Shown here: piece after piece, positions 21,929-29,234 of the stretch
How positions within the stretch are numbered: the stretch's first letter is position 1
Layout: each line of letters starts with the position of its first letter
Assembly (NCBI GenBank): GCA_964432995.1
Contig: CAYSPU010000001.1
Location: forward strand, 2,253 to 64,296
Length of the DNA stretch: 62,044 nucleotides
Direction: 5' to 3'
Source of the DNA: an uncultured Verrucomicrobiota bacterium
Lineage (GTDB): Bacteria > Verrucomicrobiota > Verrucomicrobiia > Limisphaerales > JAHDYP01
Translations under genes and position numbers: made by a program
The notes under the pieces: model-generated
Database searches by the model: none
The model's input: the letters and a program-made list of their open reading frames with translations, nothing else
What the model was told of the DNA's origin: nothing

Positions 21929-21984
21929 GCCGACGTGCCGACGTGCCGACGTGCCGCCGTGCCGACGTGCCGACGTGCCGCCCC
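21929..21984. repeat. tandem 8-nt repeat GCCGACGT, six good units plus degenerate flanks
   Basis: Read directly: gccgacgt gccgacgt gccgacgt gccgccgt gccgacgt gccgacgt gccgcccc. Lies in the divergent spacer between the sugar transferase (start 21822, minus) and the ketosynthase (start 22058, plus). Confidence 0.9.
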
Positions 21985-22057
21985 TCCTGAAGGGACTGGT
22001 TTGACTCGGGCAATCCACCTTCCGTAAGCTCGGAGCCGACATCGACGCGAAGCCCCA

Positions 22058-23299
22058 GTGCTGTATCCGTCCCTCAAAGCCAGTGCCGAAGCCAACCGCG
22101 TGGTCATCACCGGCGTCGGAGTGCTCACCGGCCTGGGCGCAGGCTGGGAGGCCAATGCCGCCGGCTTCCGCCTGGGACGGCCGGCCTTCGCCCCAGTGAC
22201 CCTCTTCGATGTGTCCCGGCAGCGCGCGCGAATCGCTGCCCAAGCCGCACTCCCCGACCCCCTCCCCCACACCCGCCTCGCTCCGCGGCGACTGCAGCGC
22301 ATGGACCGCGCCGCCAGGCTGCTCCTGTGCGCCACCCTTGAGGCCTGGCGCCAATCCGGGTGGGAAACCTCCGATCGTCTCCCCTTCGTTCTCGGCACCA
22401 CCAGCGCCGGCATGTCCAAAGGCGAATCCTACTACCGCCAGAGCCTCTCCACCCCCGGCCGCCCACGGAACCAGGCCGCCCGCGTCCTCGGCTACCAGGC
22501 CCAACGCCAGGTGCTCGACACCGCGGACGCCGTCGGGTTCTCCGGGCCAACCATCCTCATTTCCAACGCCTGTGCTTCCGGCGCGAACGCCCTCGGCCAC
22601 GCCTGGAGCCTCCTCCGCTCCGGACGCGCCCACCAAGCCCTCGCTGGCGGTTACGAAGGCCTCTGCCAGTTGGTCTTCGCCGGCTTCGATTCCCTCCAAG
22701 CCCTATCGCCCACCCCCTGCCGCCCCTTCGACGCCAACCGGGACGGCCTCTCCATCGGCGAAGGTGCGGCCGTCTTCGCCCTCGAGACCCTCGAGCACGC
22801 CTCGCGCCGCAACGCCGCCATCCTCGGCGAAATCGCCGGTTACGCGGCGGCAACGGACATCCACCACCTCACGCAGCCCCACCCGGACGGCGATGCCGCC
22901 CTGACCACCATGACCGCCGCGTGCCGGGCCGCAGGCGTCAGCCCAGAAGCAATCGATTACGTCAACGCCCACGGCACGGGAACGGTCCTGAACGACAGCT
23001 CCGAAGCTGCAGCCATCAACCGCTGGGCCGGCTCCCGCGCGCCCGCTTTGAACGTCAGCTCCACCAAGTCCAGCGTCGGCCACTTGCTCGGTGCCGCCGG
23101 GGCCGTCGAGGCCGCCGTCTGTCTCATGGCGCTGCGCGGACAATGGCTGCCCCCCACCTTGACCACCGTGTCGCCCGATCCCCTCTGCCAGTTCCCGATC
23201 CTCCGGCAGCCGACCGAGGCGCGAGTGGAGGTGGCGCTCTCCAATTCCTTTGGCTTCGGCGGCGCCAACGCCACGCTCATCCTGCGGAGGTGGCCTTGA
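22058..23299 (+). CDS. beta-ketoacyl-ACP synthase (FabF/KAS II-like)
   Basis: RVVITGVGVLTGLG, active-site Cys in NACASGANAL, NAHGTGT and KSSVGHLLGAAG His motifs, SFGFGGANA. GTG start. Confidence 0.88.
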   Translation: MLYPSLKASAEANRVVITGVGVLTGLGAGWEANAAGFRLGRPAFAPVTLFDVSRQRARIAAQAALPDPLPHTRLAPRRLQRMDRAARLLLCATLEAWRQSGWETSDRLPFVLGTTSAGMSKGESYYRQSLSTPGRPRNQAARVLGYQAQRQVLDTADAVGFSGPTILISNACASGANALGHAWSLLRSGRAHQALAGGYEGLCQLVFAGFDSLQALSPTPCRPFDANRDGLSIGEGAAVFALETLEHASRRNAAILGEIAGYAAATDIHHLTQPHPDGDAALTTMTAACRAAGVSPEAIDYVNAHGTGTVLNDSSEAAAINRWAGSRAPALNVSSTKSSVGHLLGAAGAVEAAVCLMALRGQWLPPTLTTVSPDPLCQFPILRQPTEARVEVALSNSFGFGGANATLILRRWP

Positions 23300-24324
23300 G
23301 CGCAATCTGCATTCACGGCGCCGGTGCGGTAACCCCGGCCGGATGGGGTCTCACCGCCCTTGCCGACGCCCTCGCCCGCGGCCAACCCCTTGCCGCCAAT
23401 CCCGTCGAACGCCCCGGCAGCCGCCCCCGCCTCCGCGCCCGCACTGTCCCCCCGGCCGCCCCGCGGCCGGCGTTCCTGGCGCACCCCCGCCTTCGTCGCG
23501 CCAGCCCCATCGCGCACTACACTGTCTTCGCCGCCCTCGAAGCGCTGGGCAGCAGCCCCCTGCCGCCGCCGCCACCCGATCGCCTGGGCGTCGTCTTCTG
23601 CACGGTCTGCGGCAGCATGCGTTACACGAACCGGTTCTTCGCCGAGACGCTGGCGGACCCCGCCACCGCCAGCCCGCTCGTTTTCCCCGAGACCGTCTTC
23701 AACTCGCCCGCCAGCCACCTGGCGGCTTACCTCGCGCGCGCCGGTGTCAATTATACCCTCCTGGGCGACCAGGGAGTCTTCCTCCAGGGCCTGGCCACCG
23801 CCGCCGACTGGCTGGACGACGGAGACGCGGACGGCTGCCTGGTCATTGCCGCTGAGGAAACAGATTGGACGATGGCCGAGGCTCTGCATCTCTTTTCCCG
23901 CCAGGTGGTGCCCAGCGAAGGCGCCGCGGCTCTTTATCTGCGTCGTCTCCCCGGCAGGGACCACCCGCTCCCCTGCCTCGCGGCGGTCACTTCCCCGCAG
24001 CTCTATGCCGGGGACCGTTCCCGCCTCGAAGCCGCCCGCGCCATGCGCGCGGAACTGCCCCCCAGCCAAGCCGAAACGCTGCTCGTTGATGGCCTCCAGG
24101 ACGCTCCCCGCTTCGATCGGGTCGAGGAAACCCTCTGGCACGACTGGCCGTTCGCCCGTCAGTCACCCAAGCGCGTGCTGGGCGAGGGTCTTGCCGCCGC
24201 CACGGGCTGGCAATGCGTTGCCGCCGTCCAGGCCCTCGCCCGCCAAGCCTGCACCTCCGCCATCGTCAGCGCCGTCGGCTGCAACCAGCAAGCCATCGGC
24301 GCCCGGTTCTATGATTCTGCTTGA
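23290..24324 (+). CDS. beta-ketoacyl synthase-like protein lacking the catalytic triad (chain-length-factor-like partner)
   Basis: This is the 3' part of track ORF 22360..24324. The likely start is GTG 23290 (or TTG 23296), overlapping the KS stop at 23297-23299. Begins ICIHGAGAVTPAGWG like a KS N-terminus. I cannot find ACxSG, HGTG or GHxxGAAG motifs (the last position reads GEGLAAATG). Confidence 0.65.
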   Translation: MALSAICIHGAGAVTPAGWGLTALADALARGQPLAANPVERPGSRPRLRARTVPPAAPRPAFLAHPRLRRASPIAHYTVFAALEALGSSPLPPPPPDRLGVVFCTVCGSMRYTNRFFAETLADPATASPLVFPETVFNSPASHLAAYLARAGVNYTLLGDQGVFLQGLATAADWLDDGDADGCLVIAAEETDWTMAEALHLFSRQVVPSEGAAALYLRRLPGRDHPLPCLAAVTSPQLYAGDRSRLEAARAMRAELPPSQAETLLVDGLQDAPRFDRVEETLWHDWPFARQSPKRVLGEGLAAATGWQCVAAVQALARQACTSAIVSAVGCNQQAIGARFYDSA

Positions 24325-25921
24325 ACTCATCTCCAACCTGGCTCTGCTGGTCGCACTCTGCTCCGTGTCTGGCTTCATTGAACACCGCTGGCCGCGGGGC
24401 AGCCGGCGGGCCAATCTGCTTCTGGGCCTCTTGTTCGGTACGGTGGCGGTCATTGGGATCCTGAAGCCCTTTGTCTACAGCCCGGGCCTGATCTTCGACG
24501 GGCGCTCCGTCGTGATCAGCGTCTGCGGACTGTTTTATGGCGGCGGCCCGACATTTGTGGCGGCGGCGATGGCCATCATCTGCCGCGCCGCGCTCGGCGG
24601 GACGGGGATGTGGATGGGGGTCCTGGTGACGCTGTGTTCCGCCGGCTTGGGCATTCATGCCTATCGGCTGCGGCGGGAAGGCCGCTTCCACGCCGGTGCG
24701 GGCGGTTTGCTCGGTTTCGGTTTTGTGGTCCACCTGGCCATGCTGGCGATGACCGTGGCACTGCCTCCGGACCAGATCCTCCCGGTGCTGCGGCGCATCA
24801 GCTTGCCGGTAATCCTGACCTACCCGGTCGCCACCTTGCTGATCGGCAGCATCCTCGTGGCCGGGGAGGAACGCGCCCAACTCCTGGCAGACGTGCGAAC
24901 CAGCGAAGCCAAATACCGGCACCTGTACGAATGCCTCATCGACGGATTCGTCGGGGTGGACATGCAGGGTCGGCTGCAGCTATGGAACCCGGCCTTCGAG
25001 GCCATATTGGGATACTCGGAGTCGGAACTGCGCACCCTCACCTACCAGGACCTCACCCCGGAACGCTGGCACGCAAGCGAGGCCAGGATCGTCGCCGAGC
25101 AGGTGCTGGTTCGTGGCTACTCGGACCTCTATGAGAAGGAGTATCGTCGCAGGGATGGGCGGGTGTTCCCGGTCGAACTGCGCACCCACCTCCTGCGAGA
25201 TGCCTCCGGTCAGCCTGTCGGTATGTGGGCCATCGTCAGGGACATCACCGAACGAAAGCAGGCCGAAGCCAACCTCCGCGCCTCCCTCGAAGACAAAGAA
25301 ATCCTCCTCAAAGAGATCCACCACCGCGTCAAGAACAACCTCCAAGTGGTCAGCAGCCTCCTGAACCTCGAAATGCGCCAGATCGACCACCCCGCAGCCC
25401 AGGCCTTTCTCCGTGACGCCCAAAACCGAGTGCACTCCATGGCGCTCCTCCACGAAACTCTCTATCGTTCGGAGACCATCTCCCGCGTCAACTTCCCATC
25501 GTACGTCCGGACCCTATGCGAGCATATCGCCCGGTCTCACGCGGGCGACGGCCGGCATGTGCACATCCGTCACCGCCTCGACGACGTCCACCTGGACCTC
25601 GATCAAGCCGTGACCCTCGGCCTCATCATCAACGAGCTGGTGTCCAATTCCTTCAAGCACGCCTTCCCCAACCGACGCCCCGGCACCATCAGCCTGAACC
25701 TGGAACCCTCCGACACGAACCGCCTCCGACTGCGTATCGAGGACGACGGCGTCGGCCTCCCCGCAGACTTCGCCCCCACCCAACTCACCACTCTCGGCCT
25801 CCGGCTCGTGGACAGTCTCGTCAGCCAACTCGGCGGTTCCTGGAAACACGCGCCTGCACCGGGCACGGCTTGGGACATCGAGTTTCCCCTCCGACACCCC
25901 GTGCGGGAGAACGCCGGTTGA
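24311..25921 (+). CDS. sensor histidine kinase: LytS-type 5-TM sensor, PAS domain, HisKA_2 and HATPase
   Basis: This is the 3' part of track ORF 23360..25921. ATG 24311 overlaps the upstream stop (24322-24324). Five to six N-terminal TMs. PAS segment (YRHLYECLIDGFVGVDMQGRLQLWNPAFEAILGY). H-box EIHHRVKNNLQVVSSLL. ATP-lid region INELVSNSFKHAF...DDGVGLP. Confidence 0.85.
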   Translation: MILLELISNLALLVALCSVSGFIEHRWPRGSRRANLLLGLLFGTVAVIGILKPFVYSPGLIFDGRSVVISVCGLFYGGGPTFVAAAMAIICRAALGGTGMWMGVLVTLCSAGLGIHAYRLRREGRFHAGAGGLLGFGFVVHLAMLAMTVALPPDQILPVLRRISLPVILTYPVATLLIGSILVAGEERAQLLADVRTSEAKYRHLYECLIDGFVGVDMQGRLQLWNPAFEAILGYSESELRTLTYQDLTPERWHASEARIVAEQVLVRGYSDLYEKEYRRRDGRVFPVELRTHLLRDASGQPVGMWAIVRDITERKQAEANLRASLEDKEILLKEIHHRVKNNLQVVSSLLNLEMRQIDHPAAQAFLRDAQNRVHSMALLHETLYRSETISRVNFPSYVRTLCEHIARSHAGDGRHVHIRHRLDDVHLDLDQAVTLGLIINELVSNSFKHAFPNRRPGTISLNLEPSDTNRLRLRIEDDGVGLPADFAPTQLTTLGLRLVDSLVSQLGGSWKHAPAPGTAWDIEFPLRHPVRENAG

Positions 25922-25934
25922 ACTGCGGCCAGAT

Positions 25935-25980
25935 CGCGACCGCGCGCCAGATTAGCTCTGCGGGGCGTTCCGCGGTCGCG
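25935..25980. promoter_or_regulatory. perfect 10-bp inverted repeat (CGCGACCGCG ... CGCGGTCGCG) with a 26-nt spacer
   Basis: Read directly, 14 nt after the kinase stop and about 145 nt upstream of the ACP start. Could be a terminator-like stem or an operator. Confidence 0.4.
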
Positions 25981-26125
25981 GGACGCGCCCCAAAACGCCG
26001 AGGAGGCGGATGGGGAACAGTGTCAAGCGGCGCTGGCGCGCCGCGCCGCCGGTCATCCCCCATTTCTTGCTTGTGCGGCGTTCGGCCAGCCGACAGGCTG
26101 GGGGGCGCCGCGGCGGCGAGCAACC

Positions 26126-26410
26126 ATGGAACCACAGGCGCCCCTCAAGGAACGCATCAAAGGCATGCTGGTCGAGCAACTCATGCTTCAGCTCCGCCCC
26201 GCGGAAATCGGCGACGACCAGGCACTGTTCGGCCCGGGCAGCCTTGGCCTCGACTCCGTGGACGCCCTGCAGTTGGTCGTCATGCTGGACAAGCACTTCG
26301 GCCTGAAGATCGCCGATCCGGCGGCCGCGCGGGAGATCCTCCAGAACGTCAGCACCATCACCGCCGCCGTCGAAAGGCACGCGGGGAACACCGCCGGAGC
26401 CCCGCAATAG
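26126..26410 (+). CDS. acyl carrier protein
   Basis: 94 aa. Phosphopantetheine-attachment motif LGLDSVDALQLV in a four-helix-sized protein. Confidence 0.85.
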   Translation: MEPQAPLKERIKGMLVEQLMLQLRPAEIGDDQALFGPGSLGLDSVDALQLVVMLDKHFGLKIADPAAAREILQNVSTITAAVERHAGNTAGAPQ

Positions 26411-26435
26411 GGATCAGGCGGAACGGGGACCGCCC

Positions 26436-27260
26436 ATGACCAATCAACTCGAGACCCTCGACCAGATCCGCCGCACGGCGATCGACTTGAGCATCCAGTT
26501 CGGGCCCAAGGTCCTTGTCGCCACCGCCATTCTGGTGGCGGGCTTCTTCACCGGCCGGTGGGTGGCCGGCATCCTCGATCGCACCTTGAGCCGGTTCGAA
26601 CTCGAACCGCCGGTCCGCCTCCTCTTGATGCGCATCACGCGCATCCTGATTCTGGCGCTGTTTGCCATCATGGCGTTGCAGAATCTTGGAGTGGAACTGC
26701 TGCCGCTCATCGCCGGTCTCGGCGTCGCCGGCGCCGGCATCGCCCTCGCCATGCAGGGTGTCCTCGGCAACATCGTCGCCGGCCTCACCATCATCTTCAC
26801 CCGCCCGTTCCGCGTCGGGGATTATGTCTCCATGGTCGGCGTCGAAGGCCGGGTCGCGGTCATCGACATCTTCACCACCACCCTCGCCCACTTCGACCTC
26901 TCGCGCGTCGTGGTCCCCAACCGCAAGATCATCGGCGAGATCCTGCACAACTACGGCCAGATCCGGCAGCTCGATGTCCAGGTGGGCGTGGCCTACGAGA
27001 CCGACCTCAACCGCGCCTTGGCCATCGTCCACCGCACACTCGCCGCCAACTCGATGGTGCTGCAGGACCCGGCGCCGCTTTTCGGCGTGCAGCTCGTCGG
27101 GGACTCCGCGATCCGTCTCGCGGTCAGACCGTGGGTGAATGTCCCGGATTTCGTGGTCGCGGGCGCCCAAGTGAACAAGGCCATCATCGAGGCCTTCCGT
27201 GCCGAGGGCATCACGATGCCCTTGCCGCAGCGGGAAATCCGAATCCTCAGCGGCGGCTGA
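26436..27260 (+). CDS. small-conductance mechanosensitive channel (MscS family)
   Basis: Three N-terminal TMs. Pore-helix and beta-domain motif GLGVAGAGIALAMQGVLGNIVAGLTIIFTRPFRVGDYV; typical 274-aa size. Confidence 0.85.
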   Translation: MTNQLETLDQIRRTAIDLSIQFGPKVLVATAILVAGFFTGRWVAGILDRTLSRFELEPPVRLLLMRITRILILALFAIMALQNLGVELLPLIAGLGVAGAGIALAMQGVLGNIVAGLTIIFTRPFRVGDYVSMVGVEGRVAVIDIFTTTLAHFDLSRVVVPNRKIIGEILHNYGQIRQLDVQVGVAYETDLNRALAIVHRTLAANSMVLQDPAPLFGVQLVGDSAIRLAVRPWVNVPDFVVAGAQVNKAIIEAFRAEGITMPLPQREIRILSGG

Positions 27261-27274
27261 GACCGCCAAACGGA

Positions 27275-27990
27275 TTACATGGCCAGGCCGCCGTCGACCA
27301 CCAGCACCTGGCCGGTCACGTAACGGCCGGCCGGCCCCGCGAGGTATAGGGCGGCCAGCGCGATGTCCTCCGGTTGGCCGAGGCGGTTCAGCGGGATCTT
27401 CTGCAGCATCCCCTTGCGCAGTTCCTCACTGAGCACCGCCGTCATGTCGGTTTCGATGAAGCCCGGGGCGATGGCGTTGACGGTGATCCCCCGTGAACCC
27501 AGCTCAGCCCGGCCTTGCTGGCGGCGTAGTTGCACTGGCCCGCATTGCCGATCAACCCAATGATCGACGACACGTTGATGATGCGCCCCGAACGCTGCTT
27601 CACGAACGCCAGCGCCAGCGCCTTGGTCACCAAAAACGCCCCCTTCAAATTCGTGTCCAGCACCGTGTCCCAATCGGCATCGCTCATCCGCATCAACAAC
27701 GTGTCGCGCGTCACCCCGGCGTTGTTCACCAGGATGTCCACCCGACCCGCCTCCGCCAGGGCCTTCCCGATCGTGGCCGTGACCGCGGCCGCGTCGGCAA
27801 CATCCACGGCGTGGGCCCAAGCCCGCCGGCCGGCGGCCCGCACCTCCGCCGCGACTTTCTCGGAGTTCTCCGCCGTCCTCGAGAGGCAGATGACAGCGGC
27901 GCCTTCGGCGGCGAAGCGCAGGGCGATGGCGCGGCCAGTGCCGCGGCCGGCCCCGGTGACCAGAGCGATTTGGTTTTCAAGTTGACCCAT
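27275..27990 (-). pseudogene. fabG: 3-oxoacyl-ACP reductase interrupted by a frame-breaking internal deletion
   Basis: N-terminal 162 aa sit in one frame (MGQLENQIALVTGAGRGTGR...NNAGVTRD...NYAASKAGL, track ORF 27442..28053). C-terminal 76 aa sit in another frame (ELGSRGITVNAIAPGFIETDM...VVDGGLAM, track ORF 27275..27820). The junction is at about 27505. The nine residues normally between them (IGF.KSLAR in FabG) are absent. Confidence 0.8.
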
Positions 27991-28176
27991 AGCGGCCGCC
28001 TTTCTCCGGCGTTCGGCGAGCGTTGTCAATGCCGGCCCACCAGCACGGCACAACCCGAACCGGCGGCCAAGACGGCCAGCGTCGTCGGGGGCGCATCCAC
28101 CATCGCGCCAGCGTCACTGATCGCACCTTCCGCGTTCAGGTTGCACACGTGGCGCCGTGGCTGGTAGGTTCGGCGC

Positions 28177-29226
28177 ATGCCCAACGAGTGCTGGTTGCCG
28201 CGAGCCGCTCTGTGGACCGCCTTGGCAATGGGTGGCGTTGTCGGTCGTTCCCCGGCCGCGCCTGCGGACGCAACGGGGGCGCCGCCGCGAATGTCGCGCG
28301 AGGAAACGACCACTCTGCGCCGGGTGCATGATCCCTCGACGATCGTTCGGTGCGGCGACGAGTATTGGTTCTTCTACACGGGCGTCGGGGTGCGCTCCTA
28401 TCGTTCCCGGGATCGCGTGAACTGGGCGCCCGGGCCGCCGGTGTTCCGGGAGTTCCCGGCCTGGACGCGGGAGGTGGTGACGAATCACACGGGGCATTTC
28501 TGGGCGCCGGATGTCATCCGCGTGAACGACCGGTACCTGGTGTATTACTCGGTTTCGAGCTGGGGCAAAAACCGCTCGGCCATCGGACTGGCCACGAACG
28601 CCACGCTCGATCCCTCGGACCCGGCCTTTGGCTGGAAGGACGAGGGGATCGCGGTGAGCTCGACGCCGGCGGACAACTTCAACGCGATCGACCCGAGCGT
28701 GTTGCTGGATCGGGACGGGCGACTGTGGATGGCGTTCGGGTCTTTCTGGAGCGGCATCAAGCTGGTGGAACTGGATCCGGCGACTGGCAAGCGGAAGTTC
28801 CCGGATGCGCCCGTGGAGGGTCTGGCCTTTCGCGAGGCGATCGAGGCGCCCTGTCTCCACCGGCGTGGCGATCAGTACTACTTGTTCGTCAACTGGGGCC
28901 TGTGCTGTCGGGGCACGAACAGCACCTACGAGATTCGGGTGGGCCGCAGCGGCGCGGTGACAGGTCCTTATGTCGATCGCGACGGCATCCCGCTCCTGCA
29001 CGAGGCGGCCACGCCGGTCCTCGGCACCACCAACCGGTTCATCGGCCCCGGCCACGCCGGCATCCTCCAGGTCGGCGCCGAGGACTGGATGAGCTACCAC
29101 TACTATGACGGCGCCGCGCACGGACGACCAACGTTCGCCCTGCGCCGACTGCGCTGGACGGCGGACGGTTGGCCGGAGGTCGTGGATCCCGCCGAGGCGG
29201 CCGCCCCGAGTCCGCCGCCGAAGTGA
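28177..29226 (+). CDS. glycoside hydrolase family 43 (arabinanase-like five-bladed propeller)
   Basis: VHDPSTIV..GDEYWFFYTG, HFWAPDVIRVNDRYLVYYSVSSWG, NAIDPSVLLDRDGRLWMAFGSFWSGIKLVELD, IEAPCLHRRGDQYYLFVNWG. Signal-like N-terminus. Confidence 0.82.
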   Translation: MPNECWLPRAALWTALAMGGVVGRSPAAPADATGAPPRMSREETTTLRRVHDPSTIVRCGDEYWFFYTGVGVRSYRSRDRVNWAPGPPVFREFPAWTREVVTNHTGHFWAPDVIRVNDRYLVYYSVSSWGKNRSAIGLATNATLDPSDPAFGWKDEGIAVSSTPADNFNAIDPSVLLDRDGRLWMAFGSFWSGIKLVELDPATGKRKFPDAPVEGLAFREAIEAPCLHRRGDQYYLFVNWGLCCRGTNSTYEIRVGRSGAVTGPYVDRDGIPLLHEAATPVLGTTNRFIGPGHAGILQVGAEDWMSYHYYDGAAHGRPTFALRRLRWTADGWPEVVDPAEAAAPSPPPK

Positions 29227-29234
29227 AGGAGACC

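Noticed and set aside
21823-22419. N-terminal 199-aa extension of the sugar transferase ORF (20434..22419), including the ARRHVGTAARRHVGT peptide repeats
   Set aside because: The extension crosses the divergent intergenic region and the start of the ketosynthase gene, and its repeat is simply the translated 8-nt tandem DNA repeat. The family-like protein starts at the ATG at 21822.
22360-23289. 5' parts of ORFs 22360..24324 and 23360..25921 that overlap the ketosynthase and KS-like genes in other frames
   Set aside because: The translations are Pro/Arg-rich nonsense until the points (23290 and 24311) where KS-like and kinase sequences begin. Those start points overlap the upstream stop codons as expected for coupled genes.
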